IMG/VR virus record: IMGVR_UViG_3300030060_003808
Span: 1-51,382 of that record
Length of the DNA: 51,382 nt
Strand: one strand, 5' to 3'
Source: a virus
Lineage: Duplodnaviria > Caudoviricetes
The notes under the pieces: model-generated
Database searches by the model: none
Told to the model about the DNA's origin: nothing
What the model saw: the letters and a program-made list of their open reading frames with translations, nothing else
Made by a program: the position numbers and the translations under genes
Shown here: positions 26,455-35,665 of the stretch, in pieces
Layout of the letters: each line of letters begins with the position of its first letter
Position numbering within the stretch: the first letter of the stretch is position 1

Positions 26455-27165
26455 TTACAGCTCTGTAACTGCTGTACGCTCTTTCATGGCTCCAACATAA
26501 TCGACTGTCAAAGTTTTAGCAGCAGCAGCACCATTTTGTATGCCAAATGAAAGAGTCATCTCTTCATTATCTGGAGCATTGGTACTTACTACAGTGCCCG
26601 CCAAAACATTGTTTTGGAAGACATGAAACTTCTGATCTTTAGGATCATAAACAAAACCTACAGTCATAAAAGTATCGTCGGCCAAAGCGTTTGGCAGATC
26701 CAAAGTCGATTGCGTGCTGTCTTTTTCAACGATGAAAGTAACAGTTGTTCCGCCGTCAGACTTCAAAAAGAAAATACCATCTGTCACATCCAAAGGCGTC
26801 GTGTCAGTCAGTTGTAAACCGCCTACGATGTCTGATTGCGTGGCATCACTGGTTTTAAACCTCATGTTGAAAGCCAGCTGCTTTCCAGTTTCGTATTTGA
26901 AACCTTCTTTAACCAGTTGGAAAAAGTCATGGTCATTGTCGCCAGCTGCATTGGTAATGAGTAGTAAACCACCATCGCCATCGGCTAGTGCCTCTGTAGC
27001 AGATCCAGTTCCGTCCTCAGTTGTTGTTATTGTCCAATCGGACGCTAAGTAAGTATCAAAATCATTGAAGTATGAGTGATACTTGTGTGGTGCGGGCATT
27101 TTAATTTTACCTAGTGTTGTATCAGTCCCAACATTGGTAACACCCGAAGTGAAATGTGTAGTCAT
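26455..27165 (-). CDS. Capsid decoration / beta-sandwich virion protein
   Basis: Start at ATG 27165 after SD AAGGAGG; MTTHFTSGV N-terminus, YFNDFDTY, beta-rich. Confidence 0.6.
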   Translation of the reverse strand: MTTHFTSGVTNVGTDTTLGKIKMPAPHKYHSYFNDFDTYLASDWTITTTEDGTGSATEALADGDGGLLLITNAAGDNDHDFFQLVKEGFKYETGKQLAFNMRFKTSDATQSDIVGGLQLTDTTPLDVTDGIFFLKSDGGTTVTFIVEKDSTQSTLDLPNALADDTFMTVGFVYDPKDQKFHVFQNNVLAGTVVSTNAPDNEEMTLSFGIQNGAAAAKTLTVDYVGAMKERTAVTEL

Positions 27166-27240
27166 AAACAGTCCCTCCTTATAAATAGACCATTGCGAGC
27201 ACCATGCCCGCAACATTTATTCTACTCTTTGATGATACTA

Positions 27241-27750
27241 CTAGGCGGTCTTTTGTGCAACAGAGCTGATTCCGAGTGATTCGAGCTGCTCTATTGTGCT
27301 CTCAGCTGTAGTATGTACGATTCCAATACCACCAGCTCCGGTCCAGGCATCGATGTTTGATTTTCTATCATCGATAAGGACGTGAGATGGCCTGGCATAA
27401 ACCGCCTTGTCTGCGCCTCTTAATGTAGAGGTGACTATCGGCTTTGGATGTATGTATTTGTTTACCCAAATAGTTTTGTCTCTGACAACCACTGGCCTGT
27501 TGATTGAGCCAGAGGCCGTCAAGATCTCCCAATGGATCCCGGTATTCTTCAAATGATTTACCAGGAGCTCCATACCGGGCATTGGAGGTAGAGCTGCAAA
27601 CAATCCTTTGTCGGATAATTCTTTCTTCCTGGAGTCGTAGTCGTCTTTGTTGGTAAACGGGCCGTTGAGAAACATCGGCAGCTCAATACCTTTTTCAAAG
27701 TCGGCTAAGACTCCATCCATATCGACAAATATTTTGTTTATTTCAGTCAT
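27241..27750 (-). CDS. 5'(3')-deoxyribonucleotidase, HAD superfamily (NT5C-like)
   Basis: IFVDMDGVLADF motif I, ILTA, K, LIDDR..N...W...GG.GI. Confidence 0.85.
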   Translation of the reverse strand: MTEINKIFVDMDGVLADFEKGIELPMFLNGPFTNKDDYDSRKKELSDKGLFAALPPMPGMELLVNHLKNTGIHWEILTASGSINRPVVVRDKTIWVNKYIHPKPIVTSTLRGADKAVYARPSHVLIDDRKSNIDAWTGAGGIGIVHTTAESTIEQLESLGISSVAQKTA

Positions 27751-28271
27751 TAGATCAACCCATTTTTAACCAGGCATTTGCCATAAACATGGTTGGCATA
27801 GTTGTTGAGCTTGTCTTTGATTTCTTTTTGTTCAGCATCGTGTTTTGCCTGTTCCTCTGGAGTTCTTTGAGGGTTAATTTCACACTCAACCTTTACAAGT
27901 TTCTGACAATGCAAAATTGTTTTAGCCTCGCAAATCTTAGCCCTTTGAGCATCGGTCAACTTGGTAACGTCAACATTTTTTTGAAAATGAGCAAGACTTT
28001 CTTTGGTGGCCCACTGAGGATCTAGTCCAATAGTCTTGATATGTCCATCTTCGTTCTCATAAAGAACCTCTATACCGCTATAAGTGCTTTTTTTCACAGC
28101 GCACCATTTGTCAGTCTTGGGATTCAAAGTCTGGTAACAAAGTCTGTCACCTCTTTTGGTTGTCTCAATCCAATACTTTCTCTTGGTTCTCAGTTTATAT
28201 CCCCAAGGATAATCTTCAACCACAACAGCATTGTCAGCTGCGTCCTTATTGTAAATTATATTATTTATCAT
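27750..28271 (-). CDS. Hypothetical protein (accessory cassette 2)
   Basis: VEDYPWGYKLRT...WIET...QTLNPKT..W...KKSTY. Confidence 0.75.
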   Translation of the reverse strand: MINNIIYNKDAADNAVVVEDYPWGYKLRTKRKYWIETTKRGDRLCYQTLNPKTDKWCAVKKSTYSGIEVLYENEDGHIKTIGLDPQWATKESLAHFQKNVDVTKLTDAQRAKICEAKTILHCQKLVKVECEINPQRTPEEQAKHDAEQKEIKDKLNNYANHVYGKCLVKNGLI

Positions 28272-28462
28272 TACGCTACCTCCCTAATTTTTCTAAGTAT
28301 GCCCTCGGCCACTTCCCAATCTTTATCAAGTCTTTCTTCTAAATCGGGGTGATTGTAATCACAAGGTTTCAAGACGGGGCTTCCGTCCCCACAAGCATAG
28401 GCAAGCTCAAGAGCATAGTCTATGAGCTTAACTTCATCTTTTTTCAATTTGACGTTAATCAT
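28271..28462 (-). CDS. Hypothetical protein (first gene of accessory cassette 2)
   Basis: 63 aa, SD TAGGAG. Confidence 0.7.
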   Translation of the reverse strand: MINVKLKKDEVKLIDYALELAYACGDGSPVLKPCDYNHPDLEERLDKDWEVAEGILRKIREVA

Positions 28463-28490
28463 TTTTTTCTCCTATTGGTTTGTTAATAAA

Positions 28491-28554
28491 ATGTCTCACA
28501 AATATATTATGGAATAATATGCAACTAATTGCAACTAATTATATACATTATTTT
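28491..28554 (-). promoter_or_regulatory. Cassette promoter with tandem TAGTTGCA repeats
   Basis: TTGCAA-N17-CATAAT; TGCAACTA at 28520 and 28530; leader begins TGTGAGACAT. Confidence 0.75.
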
Positions 28555-28571
28555 CATCTTTTTTTTGACGT

Positions 28572-28603
28572 AAAAAAGGGCCCCGAAAGGCCCTTTCTTT
28601 TTT
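28572..28603. terminator. Bidirectional rho-independent terminator
   Basis: AAAGGGCC-ccgaaa-GGCCCTTT flanked by A and T runs. Confidence 0.85.
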
Positions 28604-28613
28604 GGTGTGCAGC

Positions 28614-28940
28614 TCACTTATGGTTTTCACCATCTGGATTGATTGGTGTCATGCCCATCACAGATGGTCTGTGGGTTACTCTTGACAACCTCAACGGATC
28701 ACCAGGCTTGATCTCATCAATCGGTATGTGCTCCCAAGTATAAGCGCCACCACCATTGTAAATACCAACCAACGTGATTAAAGTTTCCTCATCTGGATCT
28801 TTGCCAAGCCTTTCTGCCATTCCGTTCCATTCGGCAACAGGATCAAATCTTTCGTAAAAGTTTGCACCCTTGCTAACAGTCTTGGTGTAGGTATTGACTT
28901 CATTGTCAGTGTTACAGGTTATATACATCATTCGTTCCAT
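28614..28940 (-). CDS. Hypothetical protein (accessory cassette 3)
   Basis: 108 aa with its own promoter and terminator. Confidence 0.7.
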   Translation of the reverse strand: MERMMYITCNTDNEVNTYTKTVSKGANFYERFDPVAEWNGMAERLGKDPDEETLITLVGIYNGGGAYTWEHIPIDEIKPGDPLRLSRVTHRPSVMGMTPINPDGENHK

Positions 28941-28984
28941 GGGATCCCCCTATATTTATTATTAATTAAAAAGAACATATTTGT

Positions 28985-29040
28985 AATGTATCAAAGTTTG
29001 CAACTATATGCAACTAATTATATACATTATTTTGCAACTA
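28985..29040 (-). promoter_or_regulatory. Cassette promoter with TAGTTGCA repeats
   Basis: TTGCAT-N17-TACATT; TGCAACTA at 28999, 29009, 29033. Confidence 0.75.
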
Positions 29041-29050
29041 TTTACAGGCC

Positions 29051-29080
29051 AAAAAAAAGGGCCCGTGAGGGCCCTCTTTT
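29051..29080 (-). terminator. Rho-independent terminator after major capsid gene
   Basis: AGGGCCC-gtga-GGGCCCT with a T8 tail on the minus strand. Confidence 0.9.
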
Positions 29081-29116
29081 GTAATACTGAGTAATAAAGT
29101 GTATTACGACTTCAAA

Positions 29117-30034
29117 TTATGCACCTTGAGATCCGTAGATTCCTCTCCAATCAGAGAAACCGAAAGAATATCTTTCTCTAGCCTTATATCTAATGTTGCC
29201 AGTTGAAAAGTCTGGTTCCATAGAAGTCTCCATTGGAGATCTTTGGAACATTTTTAGACCTTCGCCCGCTCCATTGACAGAAGTAAGGAGGAAGAAAGCA
29301 TCCGGATCAGAAAGATAATGATTGACTGCGTAGCCACCTGGTAATACTCCAGTGTTTCTAATCGCGTTGATGTCATTATCAGCTGTTCCAGATCTATTCG
29401 CAGAGTTTAAGATTCTGTCTGCAACAAAAACGAGTTGCGGCGGAATAATCATTTTTTCCGCTTGAACAGAAACAGTTAATCCTCTGTCGTCTGTAAAGGT
29501 TGAAATGTCAATTAAAGCATCTTCTAAGGAAGCCTCATTGAGATCCGCCATAGTTGTCGCTCTATTAGCAGCTGTTCCTCCACCGGAAAGTGGGTGAGCA
29601 GTGTTAATGAGTGATACGCCATCGCCTCCAGTAAAACTGGATGAGAAAGCGTTGTTCAACACGTCGGCTCCTTTGGTTTCTTTAGTATTAGCCATAGATT
29701 TGGCCAATGCTTTAACATATCGTTTGCCCAGAGAGTCATAAAGATTGTCTTCGACAGCTTCTTCTGTAAGTGCAAATGCAAGTGCAATCGTATCATGCGT
29801 ATATCTTGCGCTGTAACTTTCAGAAGCGTTGTCAAATACAACACCTTGACCTTCTGATTTAACGGGTGCAGAACCGAATCCTGTTATCAACACCTCTTCT
29901 TCAAATGCTCTACTTGAATCTTCTGTGACGAAAATATCTTCATATTCTCTGTCATAAGAGTCGTAGGACATTCCAAAAAGTGCATTTAGCCCAGGCTCAA
30001 GCTCTTTCGCTAGTTGTGCTCTTGAAATAGCCAT
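29117..30034 (-). CDS. Major capsid protein (Mu gpT-like, HK97 fold)
   Basis: MAISRAQLAKELEPGLNALFG, SSRAFEEE, APVKSEG, ARYTH.T.AL, YKARERYSFG.SDWRG; followed by a strong terminator. Confidence 0.9.
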   Translation of the reverse strand: MAISRAQLAKELEPGLNALFGMSYDSYDREYEDIFVTEDSSRAFEEEVLITGFGSAPVKSEGQGVVFDNASESYSARYTHDTIALAFALTEEAVEDNLYDSLGKRYVKALAKSMANTKETKGADVLNNAFSSSFTGGDGVSLINTAHPLSGGGTAANRATTMADLNEASLEDALIDISTFTDDRGLTVSVQAEKMIIPPQLVFVADRILNSANRSGTADNDINAIRNTGVLPGGYAVNHYLSDPDAFFLLTSVNGAGEGLKMFQRSPMETSMEPDFSTGNIRYKARERYSFGFSDWRGIYGSQGA

Positions 30035-30045
30035 TATTTATCTCC

Positions 30046-30633
30046 TTATGCTAAACCAGCACCTTTCTGCCCCATGATGTGGTTTTGAATCACACATAGA
30101 ACATTGGTGTTGCTTGACGCTACGTCGTCGTTATCGGGATCCTGGGAAATGTCAATACATTTGAGCGGTAACGTCGCGGTCGTAGCACCAGTAGTTACAT
30201 CTAGCTCTGCATTGGATCTTCCAGATTTAGTATCGCCAACGGGAGAACCATCCACGATGTCAAAGTTTCCAAACAGATCAGCTACCGGGAAGGTATCGTC
30301 TGCTTGTACTTCAAAGACAACATTAGGATCGTCAATCACGCTTGCAATGATATCCGAAGCAGAAATACTGCCAGGATAATAGTTTTTAAAGACTTGTTCG
30401 CCTGTAGTGGGATCGGTGTATGAAACTCCGTTAAACACTCCGACAATCGGAACAGTACCAGTTGCGGCATGACGTCCTAAAACTCCAGCTGTTAGCTGTG
30501 TTACCAAGTCGCCTTGGTAAATTGGAGTTGTGGCGCCACTAGCAATTCTATATCTGGATTGACCTCCAGAGTAGGGTGCTCCGCCCATTTCACGAACAGG
30601 CTTTAAACCAAAAGCGGCATCTTTATTTGCCAT
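30046..30633 (-). CDS. Capsid-associated structural protein
   Basis: MANKDAAFGLKPV, IYQGDLV, VGVFNG..YTDP, VIDDP.VVFEVQAD; directly upstream of the capsid gene. Confidence 0.7.
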   Translation of the reverse strand: MANKDAAFGLKPVREMGGAPYSGGQSRYRIASGATTPIYQGDLVTQLTAGVLGRHAATGTVPIVGVFNGVSYTDPTTGEQVFKNYYPGSISASDIIASVIDDPNVVFEVQADDTFPVADLFGNFDIVDGSPVGDTKSGRSNAELDVTTGATTATLPLKCIDISQDPDNDDVASSNTNVLCVIQNHIMGQKGAGLA

Positions 30634-30657
30634 AAGATTTACTCCTATTTATGTTTG

Positions 30658-31137
30658 TTACTTTTTCCCAAAAGTAACATTGGACTTTCGATTGGAGTCA
30701 TACTTCACATATCTTCCATCTTTTCTGGCATCGTTAAACATATTGTTGTCCAAGGCCTCAGTTCTAAGACGGGTTTGTTCTTCGTAATATTCATTACGTT
30801 CATCTCGAGTCTGTGAAGGTATTTTCGCCAATAATAGTCCTTCGCTATAAATTAAACCAGCATGTCTACCTGTTTCTGCAACGGGGTAAGAATATTCATC
30901 GGGTAAATCAGAACCTCTTACGAGCTCCCAACCTTCACGGATTCTTCTTGCCACATTCGCTTTATCCTCTTGCCCCAGCATGGATTCTCTTATCCAACGA
31001 TATTCGTATCCTTCTGGTGCCGGAGGTGTTTCAAGTTTTCTTACTGGCCTCCAAGGTTGTCTACGAGATGTTTTAGCGTGAGACTCGGACTCACGAGATT
31101 TTCTGGTATGTATCGGTTCATTATTTGATTCAGTCAT
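30658..31137 (-). CDS. Conserved head-module protein
   Basis: PPAPEGYEYRWIR...REGWELV...GLLLAKIP. Confidence 0.65.
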   Translation of the reverse strand: MTESNNEPIHTRKSRESESHAKTSRRQPWRPVRKLETPPAPEGYEYRWIRESMLGQEDKANVARRIREGWELVRGSDLPDEYSYPVAETGRHAGLIYSEGLLLAKIPSQTRDERNEYYEEQTRLRTEALDNNMFNDARKDGRYVKYDSNRKSNVTFGKK

Positions 31138-32066
31138 TTTGCCTCCCGGCTTGCTATTTTTTGTTTTTCTTTAGCAACGGATTTCAACCAGGCATCATCT
31201 GTCATGCCATATGGTTTTATCCCACGGAGAGTCTCGACTTCACTTTTTGTGAATGATACGCCGTTCTTTTTGCCTTGTGTTTTTTGCCGACTCCCAACGG
31301 AAGCAGAGGTGACTCTTTGCACAGCGGGCCTTTCCTCTTTCTGTCCGGCATTATCGGATCTAAGATCCGGATAAACTTTATAAATTCTTGTATTTAACTC
31401 ACTATAATACTCTTCGGAGTCTGGTTCAAATCCTTCATTAACTAAATTCACATGAGTAAAGTAAGCATATTGTGTTGGCTCTGGATCTTTTCCATACCAA
31501 TTATTTTGTGACTGCCAATCCAATGCTTCATTTGTTGGCTTAACCTCTTGTTGAGTTTGTTGCTGATTTGGTTGTTGAGATTGCTGTACGTTTTGCGGAT
31601 ATTGAGTATATTGCGCTTGCTGCTGAGATTGTTCTTGATTTTGTTTTGCAATACGAATTTTCTCTTTTTGTATAGAAACCTCGTTTTTCAAACTATCGGC
31701 TTTCGACATTAAATCAGCATCGCCAGCTGTATGTGCTCTTTTGTAGAGCTCATTTGCCTCTCTTTCTTTAACCTCAACATTTTCTTCTTCTTTTGCTAAA
31801 AGATTTTGTTGTGCTTGGAGAGCATGTTGATAGTAAGTTTGCACTTCTGACTCTCTTTGTTGGAGGGCCGTTTCTAATTGCTGTGCTCTTTCTTCGGTTG
31901 CTCTATTTCTAGCGTTTAATTTATTAATTCGTTTAGAAACACCTTTTGTATATTGTTCTAACTCATCATCGGTCGATGCTTCGGCTGGCGCCTCATTGTC
32001 AGTCACTTCTACCTCGATGTCCTCAACCTCTGGTTGCTGGACTTCTTTTACTTCATTCTCTGTCAT
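31134..32066 (-). CDS. Capsid scaffolding protein
   Basis: Acidic coiled coil, W...N.WYG, G..P.SEEYY.EL; located between portal and capsid. Confidence 0.7.
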   Translation of the reverse strand: MTENEVKEVQQPEVEDIEVEVTDNEAPAEASTDDELEQYTKGVSKRINKLNARNRATEERAQQLETALQQRESEVQTYYQHALQAQQNLLAKEEENVEVKEREANELYKRAHTAGDADLMSKADSLKNEVSIQKEKIRIAKQNQEQSQQQAQYTQYPQNVQQSQQPNQQQTQQEVKPTNEALDWQSQNNWYGKDPEPTQYAYFTHVNLVNEGFEPDSEEYYSELNTRIYKVYPDLRSDNAGQKEERPAVQRVTSASVGSRQKTQGKKNGVSFTKSEVETLRGIKPYGMTDDAWLKSVAKEKQKIASREAK

Positions 32067-32503
32067 AAGCTCACTATATCATCTGGATTAAGAATTGTGG
32101 CTATTACTTCATCATCATTGATGATTCGTACCTCTGCACCATCCTCAAGTTTAAATCTCGAACCAGAGTAGCGTCCGATTAAAACCCATTGTTTTTCTTC
32201 ACACCAAGGCTTGTCTCCAAACCTGGATTCATCGTTGTAACATTGCGGCCCCATTTTTACCACATAAGCAACAACTGTTGCCAATGCTTCACGATCGACT
32301 GTTTCCTTTGCAAGCACAATCCCGCCTTTTGTTTTTACTTTACCAGCATAAGGCAATACCAACATACGCCAACCTGTGGGTTGTGGCATCCTTTCTAATA
32401 TTGAGGAATCCAGCTTTTCTGGATCTAAAACTAAGTCTGTTGGATCAACATAAGCCTCTGCTACCTTTTTTGCCATAATGTTGTTTTCTGCTGCTTCCGA
32501 CAT
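32063..32503 (-). CDS. groES: GroES-like co-chaperonin
   Basis: PTGWRMLV, KTKGGIVL, V.KMGP, RYSG, RIINDDEVIATI. Confidence 0.8.
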   Translation of the reverse strand: MSEAAENNIMAKKVAEAYVDPTDLVLDPEKLDSSILERMPQPTGWRMLVLPYAGKVKTKGGIVLAKETVDREALATVVAYVVKMGPQCYNDESRFGDKPWCEEKQWVLIGRYSGSRFKLEDGAEVRIINDDEVIATILNPDDIVSL

Positions 32504-32685
32504 TATATATCCTTTCCTATGTCACTAATTTCGTTTGCAATATAGTATAAAGCAGAAAGCTCTCCTTGCAAATATTTATAATGTTCCATATCTTTTAGAC
32601 TACCCGACATGAGAGTTTCTTGTATCTGTTCCTCTCTGCGCTCGATTAGTCTTTTAACCTTATCGATTAAAGAAATATCATCCAT
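32503..32685 (-). CDS. Hypothetical protein
   Basis: G..KDMEHYKYLQG motif; coupled ORF. Confidence 0.65.
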   Translation of the reverse strand: MDDISLIDKVKRLIERREEQIQETLMSGSLKDMEHYKYLQGELSALYYIANEISDIGKDI

Positions 32686-32997
32686 TTATTTTGATTTTTT
32701 TGGTCTACCTTTTTTCTTAGCAGCTGGTTTTTTCTTAGCAGCCGTTGCTTTTTTCTTAACTGGTGCTTTTTTCTTAGCCGCAGCTTTTTTAGGAGCTGGT
32801 TTTTCAACCACTTCCTCTTCAACAGGCAATCCAGCTTCAATTCTAGCCATTTTATTGGCTATCCGATCAAGATTTGCCTGGTGTTTTTTCTCCTCTGCAT
32901 CTTGAGCAGCTTTGAGTTCTTCGGCTTCTTTAATCCTTTCAGCTTCTTTTTCAGCTTTAAGATTTTTAACCGCTTCTAATTTGTACGATGTTGTCAT
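32686..32997 (-). CDS. Lys/Ala-rich histone H1-like protein
   Basis: C-terminal PAPKKAAAKKKAPVKKKATAAKKKPAAKKKGRPKK. Confidence 0.65.
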   Translation of the reverse strand: MTTSYKLEAVKNLKAEKEAERIKEAEELKAAQDAEEKKHQANLDRIANKMARIEAGLPVEEEVVEKPAPKKAAAKKKAPVKKKATAAKKKPAAKKKGRPKKSK

Positions 32998-35486
32998 AAC
33001 AAGCCTCTAATTTTATTTTCTAATTCAAACAATTTCAGATCTGCATTTTGTTTCAATCTGTCAATCGCCACTTCGAGTTTATCATCTGCTATTGATTTTT
33101 GCACATTCATGCGCTCCGCTTGCAATTCCGCATCCATCATTTTTTCTTGAGCTCTTTGATTTTGTTTCTGTGAGAATTGTTGATTTTCAAGATCCAACTC
33201 TTTGTCTTTAAGATCTAATTCTCTCTTTCTTATGTCAACCAATGGATCTTCGCCACCGCTCATCCCTATAGATTGTAAAAACTCAGAGGCAAGTTCAGCC
33301 ATGATGCTAGAGCTCATCTGCTCCATCATCATTTGTATTTGTTGGCCAATCATTTGTGCTTCTTCTTGTGGGACTTGCTGCATCTGTGCTTGGATCTCTA
33401 CAATTCTTTGTTTCATCTCTTCTGGCATTTGTTCTTGAGCAATTTGGCTGGCCATAAATTGTAGATGTTGCATGCAATGACTAATAATCAATGCTTGCAC
33501 CTGGGGACTTTGTTTAACCAAATCTGTAAAAAATAAACTTTTGTGGGTTTCAACATGGGCTTGGTGATTCTGCTCTGGAAATGCTTGAGCTGGTTGGCCT
33601 AGTAATAAAGTAGAGTTTTCTGTTCCCGCATCTATTGGTTTTGGTGTCATGTCTGGCGGTGGCTGTATCAATGATTCTACATTATCGACGCCTAATGCTG
33701 CATACATTCTTCGGTATGCCTCATAAATACCCATCGGACCATGTATCTCTGGATTTGACTGCACCATTTGTAATAACTCTTGGGCCAAAGTTACTCTTTG
33801 GCTTTGTGAAAATATATTGGGATCTGATATTGGTATGATGTCTACCCGATCATCAAAATCTTGTTGTTTAATTTCGCTTGGAGCTGTGCCATTTTGGAAT
33901 GTATAAACAGGCGGTAAAGATTCCGAAAACACTTTAGACAATAAGCCAAACTCTACTTTTTGGGAGTGATGCAATCTTTTGTGGATTGCGCTCATCACTT
34001 TCGTTCCACGTTCCAACAAAGCGACTGTGGTTCCCACAGGCATTGCTTGGTTCATGTCGCCCACATTCATGTCAGCTATGGCCGCAAATCGTTTGCCAGA
34101 ATCAACCAAGATTCCTAATAATTGCATCAATACATTGCTTGGCTCTTTAATCGGCAGCGGGATTAAATTTTCTCTTAGCGATCCGCCAGTAGTATCAATG
34201 TCTCTAAACTCTCCTGGTTGCAATGGATCATCTTCATCCCGGATCCTCATTCCTCTGGCTTTAAAGCCAGCTGGTAAATTCGCCAATGTTCCGGCATCAA
34301 TGAGTTGTCTAAGTATTGATGTCGATGCTTTTGATAAGCCGCCGATCATGTGCGAAAGTCCTAGGCCATAAAAACCGAGTCCTGGCATAAACTTGTATTG
34401 CACAAAATAATTAATCTTATTTTTGAGCATGTCATTTGGAAGGTAATTTCTTCTAATTGACAATACTTTTTCAGAGTCTTCTTCTATTGTGACAATGTAA
34501 GGCAGCTTCAATCCGGTTGTTCTGCCTTCTTGGTCCATGTCCTCGAAGCCTTCAATATCCAATACTGTGTGGACTTCGTAAACTGTTCTGTTCCGGTTTT
34601 CTTTATAAGAAGGTGAGACACCTTGTATTTCATCGATTGCTTCTTCGACATCGGACATATCTTCTGAGTAAGAATCAGATCCGATATCTACATTTGCGTA
34701 AAAACCAGTAAGTTGTTGTTTTTTAATCTCGTTTGAAGACATGCTAATCGCATGTGTAATTCTCTCAGCAGAGCTGATATCTGTGGCCTCGTAAGGCACA
34801 ATTAGATCCTCTGGAGTTATAAATTTAGAAACTGCTCTGTTTAAAACAAAATCAAAATAAACTTTTTTGAATGTCGATCCAGCCAATGGCAAATAAAATA
34901 ACATTTGGTCGAGCTCTGGATCATATTCCTCCATTACATTCATAATGTAATAATTCATAAACTCCTGGACTCTTTCGGCTTGGCTCTCTGTTTCAACTGT
35001 GCGAGCTCCTACAATTTCTGTTTTTACTGGACCTTTAGCTGGCAACATTTCCTTATAAGCCTGGGCTTGGAATTGGGTTGTGGCTTCTGCTAGGATTGGG
35101 TGAATAACACCAGAGCTGCCCTCAAAAGGTTGTGATCTGCCTTCGTCAAATTTCATTCCTAAATATTTTAGGCCTTCTGTGTAAGTTTTTTCCCAATCGC
35201 TTCTGGATTGTTTGTCGCCTTTAATAGAGCTCAATAAATCACCAGAAATACTTTGCAAAATATCATCCGATAAAAAATCGACTAGGTTGGCGTTAAAATC
35301 ATCTGTGGGTTGTGGCTGACTTTGTTCTATCTCATCGTCAATAAAAATTTGTTCATTATCGACCAATATTTGTGCTGCTTCTGCAATTTGATCTTCCCGA
35401 GTTGTATCGGGAAAAACCTCTACAGCGGATCCTTGAGTTCTTACATCTGGATTGCTTTCGGTTCCTAATTGTTTGTCAATCGCCAT
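32994..35486 (-). CDS. Portal protein
   Basis: 830 aa after TerL; SGVIHPILAE, GSTFKKVY, PGLGFYGLG, RQLIDAGTLANLPAGFK; Gln-rich barrel. Confidence 0.9.
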   Translation of the reverse strand: MAIDKQLGTESNPDVRTQGSAVEVFPDTTREDQIAEAAQILVDNEQIFIDDEIEQSQPQPTDDFNANLVDFLSDDILQSISGDLLSSIKGDKQSRSDWEKTYTEGLKYLGMKFDEGRSQPFEGSSGVIHPILAEATTQFQAQAYKEMLPAKGPVKTEIVGARTVETESQAERVQEFMNYYIMNVMEEYDPELDQMLFYLPLAGSTFKKVYFDFVLNRAVSKFITPEDLIVPYEATDISSAERITHAISMSSNEIKKQQLTGFYANVDIGSDSYSEDMSDVEEAIDEIQGVSPSYKENRNRTVYEVHTVLDIEGFEDMDQEGRTTGLKLPYIVTIEEDSEKVLSIRRNYLPNDMLKNKINYFVQYKFMPGLGFYGLGLSHMIGGLSKASTSILRQLIDAGTLANLPAGFKARGMRIRDEDDPLQPGEFRDIDTTGGSLRENLIPLPIKEPSNVLMQLLGILVDSGKRFAAIADMNVGDMNQAMPVGTTVALLERGTKVMSAIHKRLHHSQKVEFGLLSKVFSESLPPVYTFQNGTAPSEIKQQDFDDRVDIIPISDPNIFSQSQRVTLAQELLQMVQSNPEIHGPMGIYEAYRRMYAALGVDNVESLIQPPPDMTPKPIDAGTENSTLLLGQPAQAFPEQNHQAHVETHKSLFFTDLVKQSPQVQALIISHCMQHLQFMASQIAQEQMPEEMKQRIVEIQAQMQQVPQEEAQMIGQQIQMMMEQMSSSIMAELASEFLQSIGMSGGEDPLVDIRKRELDLKDKELDLENQQFSQKQNQRAQEKMMDAELQAERMNVQKSIADDKLEVAIDRLKQNADLKLFELENKIRGLL

Positions 35487-35492
35487 ATCTAA

Positions 35493-35657
35493 TTAGTGTA
35501 GCACTCTTGGACTATGATAATCCATATCAATTAAATCTGTCAGCTCGCCGTCAACAGACAAACCATGATAATCTGCAATCGTTTCCGCGTCTTCTAAATT
35601 TTGTGCATGTATGTTTGGTCCAGCATAGTCTTTCCCGTCCAATTCAAAACTCGTCAC
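35493..35657 (-). CDS. Small acidic hypothetical protein; start uncertain
   Basis: Not in the track. (LKIF)VTSFELDGKDYAGPNIHAQNLEDAETIADYHGLSVDGELTD...RVLH fills the TerL-portal gap. Confidence 0.55.
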   Translation of the reverse strand: MTSFELDGKDYAGPNIHAQNLEDAETIADYHGLSVDGELTDLIDMDYHSPRVLH

Positions 35658-35665
35658 AAATATTT

